DNA of 64,000 nt from IMG/VR virus record IMGVR_UViG_3300037488_003551, positions 1 through 64,000 of that record. One strand, written 5' to 3'. Below, piece after piece: positions 37,843 through 47,164 of this stretch. The DNA is from a virus. Positions within the stretch are counted from its first letter, which is position 1; each line of letters begins with the position of its first letter. The notes beneath the pieces were generated by a model that searched no databases, was not told the origin of the DNA, and saw only the letters and a list, made by a program, of their open reading frames with translations. Made by a program: the position numbers and the translations under genes.

Positions 37843-38118
37843 ATGCGAAAAACAGCTGAAGATATTGCGCAGAAGGTGCTAGAAAAGAATGCACTATCTG
37901 TAGCACATGTTCGAAAGGTTCTTTTAAACGCTGACCCTAAAAGAATTCAAAATATGAGGTAGGATAGTCCGGTGATGCGTGTTGCGACAAAAGGTGGGAT
38001 AGGAGAAAGTGAGAGGTTCTTACAGGAATTAGAGCGGCGCCGTTTGGGTTTACCTCCGGTAGATGACTTGGCGGACATTGAAAGGTACGCACGGTCTATT
38101 AAATCTGCTCCGTGGTGA
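37843..38118 (+). pseudogene. Class B-leader gene interrupted by in-frame TAG at 37960-37962 (nonsense allele, readthrough, or two tiny ORFs)
   Basis: TATAATT, AGGAGG SD, then MRKTAEDIAQKVLEKNA; the frame stays open 51 codons past the TAG. Confidence 0.5.
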
Positions 38119-38187
38119 ACTTAAGCAATCAGCCTATAATTCTCAAAAAGTGGGCGCTGACTGCCCCGCATTAAAGGAGTTTTTTCC

Positions 38188-39024
38188 ATGCCACGAGTAA
38201 GAGTCAACGCCCTCATCGGTGCCGTGCATATTCAAGACCCGCAGCCTGCTACTGGCGGTTTGTCCGTGACCGCTGCAGCTGGGTCGTATAAAATCTTCGA
38301 CTGCAATTGGGATGTGTTTCAACGTATCGCTCCGCAGATTGCCGAGCTCGAGACGCTAGGCGCTGCGACCTTCACTGTTTCCGGTGGCACGGATAACTTC
38401 TGGGCGCAAGAGGGCGACCTTCCAGGCATGCCGCGCATCGACCGCGTGTCGAAGCATGACCTTGCGCTGACCGGTGAAGCCAGCATCGTCGTCGAAGGCC
38501 TCTACTTCTTAGGCGGGCAGAGCTTCGCGACCACGCGTCTCGACTACACGACCGCGAATACCGACCTCGTCATCTCCGCGCGCACCCCCGGCTACTGGGG
38601 CAACGCCCTCTCGGCTATCGTTTCTGACGACGGCGGTGGCGGCCTGGCCATCTCCGTGGTCGGCGGCGTGCAGCTGAAGATCGACCTCGGTGGTGCGACG
38701 CCCAATGCCACGACCATCGCTGCAGCTGTGAACGCGAGCGCTACCGCGAAGCTCCTTTTCAAAGCAGTGGTGGACGGTACCGGCGCCGGTCTCCCCACGG
38801 TCAAAGCTTCTCAGACCTTGGCAGGTGGCGAAGGCCCGGGCCTGGCTGTGACCTGCGCGGGCGTGGCTTGCGATGTCCTCACGATCACGGACGCACACCC
38901 GAGCTATTCGATGACCATCGCTATTCCGACCATGGCCGGCGTGTCAGCTTCCGGAGAAGGCGTGAACCTCGAGCTCCGGTCGGGTGGGAAGATTGCCACT
39001 GTTTCTCTGCAAATCGCTCCGTGA
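38188..39024 (+). CDS. Virion structural protein (sheath-insertion-like beta domain)
   Basis: ARTPGYWGNALS..IAAAVNA..LAGG motif; GC3-rich; own TATAATT promoter. Confidence 0.55.
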   Translation: MPRVRVNALIGAVHIQDPQPATGGLSVTAAAGSYKIFDCNWDVFQRIAPQIAELETLGAATFTVSGGTDNFWAQEGDLPGMPRIDRVSKHDLALTGEASIVVEGLYFLGGQSFATTRLDYTTANTDLVISARTPGYWGNALSAIVSDDGGGGLAISVVGGVQLKIDLGGATPNATTIAAAVNASATAKLLFKAVVDGTGAGLPTVKASQTLAGGEGPGLAVTCAGVACDVLTITDAHPSYSMTIAIPTMAGVSASGEGVNLELRSGGKIATVSLQIAP

Positions 39025-39042
39025 TAAGAAAGGACTCTCTCC

Positions 39043-39807
39043 ATGAAAAAGACAGCTCACCAAATTGCTAGTCACGTATTAGCAAAAGTTGCCGCTATTA
39101 CACCGGAAGAAATCGCAGCCGGATTGGCTGGCAATAAGATGCGCGATATCCCCCAAGAAGAGATTGACAGCCTAACGCAAGAGTACGGCGATAAGGCTTA
39201 TAAAGAACGCGCAAGCGCTCCTTGGTGGGGTGGTGGACTTGGTGGGGCTCTCGGTGGATTGGGAGGATTAGCGTTAAGCCAGGGTCGTCCTGCAGGTGGA
39301 CTCATTGGCTTAGGGATTGGCGGGGGACTGGGAGCTCTTCTCGGGCATGGAGTACGCACGGGTGCACGGTCTCAAGCGCGTGACCTGGGATCGACAGTCG
39401 GAGGAATTGCACAGTCAGGTCGTATTCCTTACGACTTTCCTGGACGCGTCCGAACAGATGACCTTATACCGTACGCTAAGGGTATTCAAGGAACTCCTGA
39501 GACCATGAATTTTCAGGACGAACAAGCCATCAGGGACCGGCTGACAAACCGGCTCATGCTTATGCGCGGAGCAGAAGGCGCAATTACTGGGGGTCTAACG
39601 AGCGCTCTGGCTAACCGAGATCGTGAAGACGCATCAGGGGATGCCGTACTCAGCGCCGCGCTTCAAGGTGGGATGGGAACATTGCGCGGACGCTCGGAAG
39701 CGCGTGAGATGGCGCGCAAAGTCCTAGACCTAAAATCTCGTGGGTATGGGACGCTGTCTGATCGTTACTACAACGACGCCCTTGACCCAGAAATCCTGGG
39801 CTATTAA
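39043..39807 (+). CDS. Glycine-zipper cargo protein with class B leader
   Basis: MKKTAHQIASHVLAKVAAITPEEIA; GGLGGALGGLGG. Confidence 0.65.
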   Translation: MKKTAHQIASHVLAKVAAITPEEIAAGLAGNKMRDIPQEEIDSLTQEYGDKAYKERASAPWWGGGLGGALGGLGGLALSQGRPAGGLIGLGIGGGLGALLGHGVRTGARSQARDLGSTVGGIAQSGRIPYDFPGRVRTDDLIPYAKGIQGTPETMNFQDEQAIRDRLTNRLMLMRGAEGAITGGLTSALANRDREDASGDAVLSAALQGGMGTLRGRSEAREMARKVLDLKSRGYGTLSDRYYNDALDPEILGY

Positions 39808-39831
39808 GCCAAGTTCTCCTAGAATTAGGGC

Positions 39832-42402
39832 ATGAAAAAGTCAGCCCTTCAAATCGCAGATGCAGTAAGAGCCAAACCTGAAGAACCTAGCGCGTTACGG
39901 AGGGCTGCACCTTGGCTTACCGCGGCCGGGACTGGAGCTCTAGGGTATGGCCTTTTGCGCCGAAGGAGCTTCGCTCCTATTGGGACACAACTGCGGTCTC
40001 TCCAAGAAGCGGCAAAGAATAAGCCTTTTAGTATAGCGACTTCGGGTGGAACGCCTTGGGCACAAAAAATTCGCTCCATGATTATGGGTGCTCCTGTCCA
40101 TACGACCGGAGAAAAGGTGAAAGGAACGGTTCTTCATCACACACCAAACCCTAAAGGTGGGGGTGATATTAATATAAATGCGGGAAATATTACAGACGCT
40201 CTTCAAGACAAAGCTGTCTTTGATCGTGTTATGCGTGAAGGTGTTGGTGCGGGACCTGGAATGGCTTCTTCTCTCCCAAATACAATGCGTCTTGATGAAG
40301 CACTAAAACGCGTAGGAGGAGACCCAAAGCGCTTAAAAGAAATCTATCCAGATTTTATGTTAAAAGCCCGAAGCGAATCAATGGGAAGGGGTATTTTTAA
40401 ATCGTTAGATGACCCCGGCGTAAATGAAGCTATTCAAAATCCAAGTCAATTTATCTTCCAAGAGAAGATGCCCATAAAGAATGAGTTCCGCGTACATACT
40501 ATAGATAACGAGCCGTTTACGGCGACGCACCGTTTTATGCCCAATAAAACGTTACGTGGTTTATGGAATCGAGTGGCTGGTGGAGGAGGCGGAGCTTTCG
40601 TTCCTCTGGTGGGAAAGAGACGAAGAGCTCTCCATGATTTTATTAGGCAGAGCACGGCGCATCTAAAACCAGCGGACGGTAAAAGCCTCTCAGACGTAGG
40701 AGAGTCTATGCATGTTGCCTGGGACGTTGCGGAGCTTCCTGATGGCACGTTCAAGCTTATTGAAGCCAACCCTGTACCGGGTACTATGATGAACCCGGGT
40801 ATTGCACAAAAACTTCAAAAACAAATAACTGGAAGATGGTCTAGACCCGTTGCAGCTTTAGGAGGAACTGCTTTAGCAGGCACATCTGGAGTTGCCGCTA
40901 ATAAGATTTTAGGCGGTCCTTCAAACAATGTAGCGGAGACATCTCCTATGAAAAAAACAGCGGACCAAATCAGTTGGAGCGTTCTGTTAAAGGTCGCAGC
41001 CGGAGCGGAAGGTAATCCCGAAATATGGCGCAAAATGGTAGACCGTATCGCTAAAAGCAAAGGTATACCAAAACCTACTGATGCTCAATTCCAAGAGATG
41101 TTTCCTAAGGATTTTGCAACCTCGGGAAAAACATTAGAAGATGCCATACAAGGTTCTGCTTGGTTTAAGCAGGGCACTTCAAGTGGCATGGGAGCTCAAG
41201 GTAGCAATTGGAATCGGGGATCTAGCGGTGGCGCTTGGGGACCAGGAGCAGATGATGCAGTCGCTGCTACGGAAGCTGCGCGCCAAAGAGAGTTGATGGC
41301 TTTAAGTCTTGTGAGCGGCATGCATAATGTAATGGGTTTAGGCGCGGCTGGAAGTGGAATTGGTACGGCTGCTACTGGGATTCATAGCACAACACAGGCT
41401 AAAACTCCAGAGGAACGCGCAGCTGTTTTAGGCCTGAGTGGAGGACTCGCAGGTTATTCTGGAGGGTCTGCTTTCGATAATTTTAGAAAAGCAAAATTAT
41501 ATAAAGACCTTCAAAATGCTATGTCCAATCCTACTGGTCCGAATTATTCGCAACGAGTAACAGATATATCTAATAAAATTATGAGAAAGCCTAAAGCATT
41601 TTCTCCTCAGCGTATTGGCGGATTAGCAGGTGTTGGTCTGGGTCTAGGCGGAGCTGCACTTTGGAATTATTTAGCCAGAGATAAACCTATGAGTAAGGCA
41701 GCGGCTATTACACCAGAAGAAATAGCTACAGGTTTAAGCGGACGAGCTGCACGTCCAGAAATTACGCTAGCGGAAATCATGGAACTTCGTAACAAACTTC
41801 GCCAAGAAGAATATGCTAAGCGGAGAGGGACACCTATAAAGTGGGGTATAGGTGGTGGCTTATTAGGCGCTGCTATTGGCGCTCTTTCGAGTAGAAAAAA
41901 GGGCTTAGGTAAATTACCCAGAACTTTAATTGAGGCAGGATTAGGAGCCGGTTTAGGCGGCTTTTTAGGAGAAACAAGTCGCAGCTTGGACAGTGATGCG
42001 ATGCTAGACCGCGGAAATATTCTAGGAAGAATAGCTAGAACAGGAAACTTGAAGCTAGTAGCGGATTCAGAAAATGCAAAAGATTACGCTCCCTTCGCAA
42101 TTGGAAGTCAACCAGGCGCTAAACCCTTAACGGAAGAGGAGACACACGCTCTTCGTAATCAAGTGTTAAAACAACGAAGTTTAGGCGGCGCAGTTAGGGG
42201 TGCTCCTTTCGCAGCTCTATCCGGAATACTCGGCGCCGCTGCTAAAGCTCCTCCTGGGGCCATAGCAGAATCTATGGCTTTCCCGCTTTTAACTGGAACG
42301 TACCTCGGAGCAAATAGAGCAGTAGACCAATCAAATACGTTAGTAGATTTGCACAACAGGGGGTATGGCGACCTAGCACGCATCATCCAAAAAGATTGGT
42401 AG
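39832..42402 (+). CDS. Three-module polyprotein: ATP-grasp (RimK-like) ligase plus two glycine-zipper modules
   Basis: FMLKARSESMGRGIF, IFQEKM, EFRVH, AWDV, LIEANPVPG (ATP-grasp); internal modules paralogous to the 42410 and 39043 ORFs. Confidence 0.75.
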   Translation: MKKSALQIADAVRAKPEEPSALRRAAPWLTAAGTGALGYGLLRRRSFAPIGTQLRSLQEAAKNKPFSIATSGGTPWAQKIRSMIMGAPVHTTGEKVKGTVLHHTPNPKGGGDININAGNITDALQDKAVFDRVMREGVGAGPGMASSLPNTMRLDEALKRVGGDPKRLKEIYPDFMLKARSESMGRGIFKSLDDPGVNEAIQNPSQFIFQEKMPIKNEFRVHTIDNEPFTATHRFMPNKTLRGLWNRVAGGGGGAFVPLVGKRRRALHDFIRQSTAHLKPADGKSLSDVGESMHVAWDVAELPDGTFKLIEANPVPGTMMNPGIAQKLQKQITGRWSRPVAALGGTALAGTSGVAANKILGGPSNNVAETSPMKKTADQISWSVLLKVAAGAEGNPEIWRKMVDRIAKSKGIPKPTDAQFQEMFPKDFATSGKTLEDAIQGSAWFKQGTSSGMGAQGSNWNRGSSGGAWGPGADDAVAATEAARQRELMALSLVSGMHNVMGLGAAGSGIGTAATGIHSTTQAKTPEERAAVLGLSGGLAGYSGGSAFDNFRKAKLYKDLQNAMSNPTGPNYSQRVTDISNKIMRKPKAFSPQRIGGLAGVGLGLGGAALWNYLARDKPMSKAAAITPEEIATGLSGRAARPEITLAEIMELRNKLRQEEYAKRRGTPIKWGIGGGLLGAAIGALSSRKKGLGKLPRTLIEAGLGAGLGGFLGETSRSLDSDAMLDRGNILGRIARTGNLKLVADSENAKDYAPFAIGSQPGAKPLTEEETHALRNQVLKQRSLGGAVRGAPFAALSGILGAAAKAPPGAIAESMAFPLLTGTYLGANRAVDQSNTLVDLHNRGYGDLARIIQKDW

Positions 42403-42409
42403 AAAAGAT

Positions 42410-43408
42410 ATGTACAAAACTGCCGAACAGATCAGTTGGAATATCCTACTAAAAGCGGCTGCGAGTGAAGGTGGTAACCCTGAACTGTGGCGCAAGATGG
42501 TAGACCGTATAGCCAAAAGTAAGGGAATGCCAGCGCCTACTGACGCCGAGTTTGCAGAGATGTTTCCTCCTGATTTCGCGACTTCCAGTAAAACAATGGA
42601 AGACGCCATCCAGGGGTCCAAGTGGTTTAACAAGGCAAATGCAGGTCCATCTGCGTCCTCTCCGAGTTCTAATCCGTACGCGGATTACAATCCACGTTCG
42701 AGTTCAAGTTCGAGACAATACTCGTCTCCATTTGATGACTTTTTTTCAAGGTATAACCAGCAGGCAAGACAAAATTCGAATTGGTGGGATAAGACGTGGG
42801 ACGCAGAGAGTCAAGCACGAGCCGAAGCACGTAAAGCTGAGCAGCAAGCGAGTGACGCGCAATGGGAAGAAAGAAGACAGCGGCAAACTCGCGAGTCCGC
42901 AGACCGGGAAAAAGCATACCAAGAAAAACAAAAAGGTTATAGCCGCAGTACCTCGGCATCGACCGAGTCAAATAAGTACTATGACCAAGCTCGCGGTATG
43001 AAGAACCGTGCCGCCGCATATACGGCAGGGCTCCCAACTGCATTGGGTATGAGCGGATTAGCCATTGGAGCTGCGACTGAGGACAAAGATAAACGTAATG
43101 TAATTATGGGAGGTACAGGCGCAGGCGCAGGGGCCTCTATGGGATATGGAAGTGTCCTCGAAGAGAACGCTCGGCGGTTTAGGAATGCTATAAAACCTAT
43201 TCCTTTTTCTGTTGATGAAGGCTTTCAAGTTATGAAGCCTTACAATAAAATGAAAGCTACTCCCCATACAGTTATGGGTGGACTTCTTGGATTAGGTTTG
43301 GGTCTGGGTGGGTCTCACTTGATACAAAAAGCCTTCTATGACCAAAAGAAGACCCCTATGCGAAAAGCCGCTTCTGAAATTGCGGCATCGATTCTTAGAA
43401 ATTATTGA
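42410..43408 (+). CDS. Glycine-zipper cargo protein with class B motif at both ends
   Basis: MYKTAEQISWNILLKAAA...; C-terminal MRKAASEIAASIL. Confidence 0.65.
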   Translation: MYKTAEQISWNILLKAAASEGGNPELWRKMVDRIAKSKGMPAPTDAEFAEMFPPDFATSSKTMEDAIQGSKWFNKANAGPSASSPSSNPYADYNPRSSSSSRQYSSPFDDFFSRYNQQARQNSNWWDKTWDAESQARAEARKAEQQASDAQWEERRQRQTRESADREKAYQEKQKGYSRSTSASTESNKYYDQARGMKNRAAAYTAGLPTALGMSGLAIGAATEDKDKRNVIMGGTGAGAGASMGYGSVLEENARRFRNAIKPIPFSVDEGFQVMKPYNKMKATPHTVMGGLLGLGLGLGGSHLIQKAFYDQKKTPMRKAASEIAASILRNY

Positions 43409-44823
43409 GTCGTATCTCTCTGTAGAAGTCGCATTAATTGATTATTCAAATCTTTTTTGTTCTTCGACATATCTGCTAATACATCTTCTACTCCAATTGG
43501 GTCCTTTTTTGTTATTCTCTGCCAAAGGTTGGCTTGTGGATGCGTGACGTATTGCTGGACAAGAACGTTACGCTTGTCCTCAGGTAAATCTGTGTGTGAA
43601 CCATGCCGAATCGCACGTCCAATAACCTGGTCGAGTTTTTCTTCATTCCAGTGAGGCTCTAAAACTTGGACCAGCCGCGTCCCTTTTAAGTCCAGACCTT
43701 CGCCACCTGCGGATGAGAGGAGCAAGGCCCGCAATTTCCCAGCGTTGTAATCGTCGATGGCAGCCTGGCGCTCTCCTTTTGGTACTGACCCCGTAAAAAG
43801 TTTGCTAGGAATTCCCTGCGATTCAAGTTGCTGCTGGTATTCGGATAGGTTGTTTAGATAATTGGAATATACGATGGCTTTGGAAGTAGGGTCAGACTTA
43901 ATACGCTTAGCTAGTTCTTGAACCGCGTACATTGTTTTGGGAGAGGCTTCGCCACGAACATACTTATTAGTGGAACCTGATATCTGTCTAGCCTGCGATT
44001 CAAATTTATTAAACGCTGAAAGTTCTTTCCCAGCAGGCAAAGCGCCATGCTCCAACTTTTTACGCAGACTTCGTGGAAGTGTTCCCCATGCGGCAGCGTG
44101 TAATCGCGTTTGCAGATCCGACATAGGAACGCGTACACGCTCGTCCATACGCGTTGGGAAATCCCCACTCGTATTGTCTTGATAATCTACCCACTTTTGG
44201 AGGACGCCCTTGAGCTCATCCGTATTTTTCAATACAGGCTTCATAGGCTTTCCTCGAAGGCGGTACCACCAACTTGGATTTCTTGGGGGTTTACTGATAT
44301 ATTTTTCGTTGAAAGTAGCTCCCACAGGAAGAACAGATTTACCTGCTGCGATGTTGACAAGCGGAGCTATATCGGAAGGCCTGTTATATACAGGCGTTGC
44401 AGTCAAAAGCATCCGTTTAGCCGCGGGATATTGCGCGAGAAGTTTATTAAGACCTGTAGATGTCTCGCGAGCTTTATGCGCTTCGTCTACAACTAAAAGG
44501 TCAGAGGGGATTGTTTCACCTGATAGCGCATCTCTCTGCTGACTTCGTACCTGGATATTATTAGGACCTTTGAGATGCTTGGCAATTTCCTTTTGGTAGT
44601 TGGGAACCAAAGATGCGGGAGCTAAGACGGTCGTATTTCCACTTTGTCCCGCAGCTGCCGCGAGGGAACTTAACGTTTTTCCTGTGCCTAACCCGTGTGC
44701 TACAACCAGCCCCGGCTGTTTTTTAAGACGGTCTACTACGCGCTGTTGATGCGGGAGTAACTGCGTTAAAACTTCCGCTGCAGTTTTATTGAATATTCCA
44801 GAAGGAATGGTCTTCGGTTTCAT
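43402..44823 (-). CDS. Second SNF2-family helicase, with N-terminal KTAA site
   Basis: HGLGTGKT, DEAH, LTATP, GGEGLDL, QVIGRAIRHGSH; leaderless start after TAAAATT. Confidence 0.9.
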   Translation of the reverse strand: MKPKTIPSGIFNKTAAEVLTQLLPHQQRVVDRLKKQPGLVVAHGLGTGKTLSSLAAAAGQSGNTTVLAPASLVPNYQKEIAKHLKGPNNIQVRSQQRDALSGETIPSDLLVVDEAHKARETSTGLNKLLAQYPAAKRMLLTATPVYNRPSDIAPLVNIAAGKSVLPVGATFNEKYISKPPRNPSWWYRLRGKPMKPVLKNTDELKGVLQKWVDYQDNTSGDFPTRMDERVRVPMSDLQTRLHAAAWGTLPRSLRKKLEHGALPAGKELSAFNKFESQARQISGSTNKYVRGEASPKTMYAVQELAKRIKSDPTSKAIVYSNYLNNLSEYQQQLESQGIPSKLFTGSVPKGERQAAIDDYNAGKLRALLLSSAGGEGLDLKGTRLVQVLEPHWNEEKLDQVIGRAIRHGSHTDLPEDKRNVLVQQYVTHPQANLWQRITKKDPIGVEDVLADMSKNKKDLNNQLMRLLQRDTTQ

Positions 44824-44837
44824 GTCCCAATTTTACT

Positions 44838-45098
44838 TCAACTGGGACCTTGGCTTCCCCCGTATCCGCTTTGAACTTTTGTCGCTTCAAAATTTCCATG
44901 CGTGTGCATGTACCCAGCCCTTTGCGCTTTACATCCGGGGTATGATGGAATGCAAACAGAACTCAACTTTGGGGCCACGAGGAAGACGGTGTGCATATCG
45001 CCTTTGCAGTCCGGACAGACAAAAGAAGCCGTATCGTTGTCGACGAGCTCCTCGAGCTTGTTGTTGCACGTGGAACATTCAAAGTCTTTCATCCGCAT
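44838..45098 (-). CDS. FmdB-family zinc-ribbon protein
   Basis: M..KDFECSTC...E...CPDC. Confidence 0.7.
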   Translation of the reverse strand: MRMKDFECSTCNNKLEELVDNDTASFVCPDCKGDMHTVFLVAPKLSSVCIPSYPGCKAQRAGYMHTHGNFEATKVQSGYGGSQGPS

Positions 45099-45157
45099 TT
45101 TCAGGCCTTCTTTCTGAATCTGAGTATGCTTATTATGTTACCTGTAGGAGGTCCACT

Positions 45158-45316
45158 ATGTCTATACTGCTCACCATTCTTCTCATCCTACTCATTCTCA
45201 GTATTTTTGGTGGGGCGTTGAGTGGTGGCCACATCAGCTGGTCTCCGATTGGAATTATTCTTTTAATCTTCCTCATTTTAATCCTCACTGGGAACGCGGG
45301 GCATCTCCGACTATGA
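45158..45316 (+). CDS. Small two-TM membrane protein (DUF3309-like)
   Basis: MSILLTILLILLILSIFGGAL...SPIGIILLIFLILILTG; AGGAGGT SD. Confidence 0.6.
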   Translation: MSILLTILLILLILSIFGGALSGGHISWSPIGIILLIFLILILTGNAGHLRL

Positions 45317-47161
45317 CGATGGCTGCAAGTCGTCTCCGAATGGTATCTCAGCTGCCACTGGAACGGTGCAAAGTTTTAAAGGCTGGAGATCTGCATCGAA
45401 CGTTGGGACTTCGATTTCGACCGTCGCATTCAAGTCGGCACCAAACGTCGCTTCTTCCAGGCCTTCGATAGCTTCTCCGAGCGAATCGACCAGAGACTCT
45501 ATCTCGGTACTCCCGCTGGCAAAGATAGCTCGGAGAAGAGCGGTAGAGGCCTGCACTCGAGCCTTCGGTCCACCGGCCATGAGAATGACGCCCATGACGT
45601 ACTCGTCGCCACGGTGGAACGGCGGGGCGTTGGGGAAGCCTTCTGCGAGGGAGTTTGCCAGGTCCGAGAGGAGGTACTGGTTCCCACCTCCACCTTCAAA
45701 CGCCCGTATGTAGACTCCGCCGAGCTTGTTCGGGAGCGCTAGGAGATTCGTTAGTGCCTGTATTTGTAGGAGAATATCCGATACGATTGTCTCGTACCTG
45801 AGAATCTCCGCTTTCAAGAACGCCACGTAGTCCTTGAGCATGTTCCCCGGAACTTCGAGCCTAGCGGCCAAGGCCTCGATGTATCCCGCGACCATCCGGA
45901 CGAGGTACGCAAAGGGCGGGAAGAGCTCGGCGACCGAGGGCGTCCGGACCCAATCCGGGGGAGTGCTATCGGGATACGTGGGGAAGGGGTAGACCTGAGC
46001 TTTATTGGAGATGTCCCAGTACTGGAGGGTTGTCCCTGCTCCAGCTACCCATCCTCCGCCTTCTGCCAGAATGTTCGACAGTCCGTCATACGCTTCAAGC
46101 TGCCAGGCGATAGCGAAGTGATAGAGGTCGCCGTCCGCCACAGGCAAGTCTCGCGCCACGTACGAATTCTCCCCAAGCTTGAATGGTGCCTCGCTCACCA
46201 CCCAAATATCCGTGCCGCGTTTGGTAGAAGAGGAGATGTCTCGCGTTCCAATGAGCTCTACAACGTTATTAGCTGTAGACGCTTGGATATTATTTCGAAT
46301 CGCAAAAATGGCTCGACGCCTTGGAATGAGAATCGTATTACCCAGGTCTGGAAGGGTTGCGAATGGGACATCCAAAGTGTCCCACTTCAAAAGCACACTC
46401 AGCTTTTTATCCTTGCCTGGTTTTGTGAGCGCGTAAGCCGTTAAGTTTTCCGGCTTGGGAACTTTTGTCTCGGTGGTCGACTTGAAAAGACTTCCGAACA
46501 TCCCTTTTAAGCGCCACATGTCGTCCAAGAATCCGAGAGGGTCGATATTCGTCCCGAGCATCATGACCAACCCACCAACCCAATCCGCATCACTCATGAA
46601 CTGAGGGCGATTACGGTCTCCCTTGTCTTGGAGTGACGCGGCCACCTGTCTATAAAACCCAGCATTGCCTCCGCTATAACGATTTACGTTGACGAGGAAC
46701 TTTCGATAGCTATCGGTCATAGGCTGGTCGGTCGGCGCCGGGGCGAAGAGCTTACTCGCAGGCGGGGTCAAATCCCCGAAGCCCGCGAAGGTCGTATTAA
46801 ACCTTTTGCCGTTTGGGATGAAGATAGTGTATAGGCCGGCATCCTCTAGGAGACCTTCTAGGAAAGCTTTTACCTGGTCAATAATCTTTTTGATAAGAGC
46901 TGCAGCCGCATCTTTCAATCCAATGATGAGATTGGCAATCACTTCAAGGAGGCTAACGACGGCATTCAGAACCTTACGTAACTCGTCAATAATATTAGCT
47001 ATTTTTTCGATAGGACCAAAGTCTGGAAGAGCAAGCTCGAGCTTTCCCCAAGCAGCCGTAGGAGTCCCGGGTTTGCTCTCCCAAAAAAGACTCTGTGACT
47101 TTTGGAGTTCGGCAGCTTGCTTGGCTTTCCAGGCATCAATTTTTTCTTGTTGCGTTGCCAT
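45311..47161 (-). CDS. Large hypothetical protein, possibly baseplate-associated
   Basis: 616 aa; helical termini with a central beta domain; no catalytic motif recognised. Confidence 0.5.
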   Translation of the reverse strand: MATQQEKIDAWKAKQAAELQKSQSLFWESKPGTPTAAWGKLELALPDFGPIEKIANIIDELRKVLNAVVSLLEVIANLIIGLKDAAAALIKKIIDQVKAFLEGLLEDAGLYTIFIPNGKRFNTTFAGFGDLTPPASKLFAPAPTDQPMTDSYRKFLVNVNRYSGGNAGFYRQVAASLQDKGDRNRPQFMSDADWVGGLVMMLGTNIDPLGFLDDMWRLKGMFGSLFKSTTETKVPKPENLTAYALTKPGKDKKLSVLLKWDTLDVPFATLPDLGNTILIPRRRAIFAIRNNIQASTANNVVELIGTRDISSSTKRGTDIWVVSEAPFKLGENSYVARDLPVADGDLYHFAIAWQLEAYDGLSNILAEGGGWVAGAGTTLQYWDISNKAQVYPFPTYPDSTPPDWVRTPSVAELFPPFAYLVRMVAGYIEALAARLEVPGNMLKDYVAFLKAEILRYETIVSDILLQIQALTNLLALPNKLGGVYIRAFEGGGGNQYLLSDLANSLAEGFPNAPPFHRGDEYVMGVILMAGGPKARVQASTALLRAIFASGSTEIESLVDSLGEAIEGLEEATFGADLNATVEIEVPTFDADLQPLKLCTVPVAAEIPFGDDLQPSS

Positions 47162-47164
47162 GTT

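Noticed and set aside
37960-37962. Genome-wide TAG stop-codon reassignment
   Set aside because: Long genes are intact in the standard code and several genes end cleanly at TAG (e.g. 17532, 28022, 35470); only one interrupted ORF was seen.
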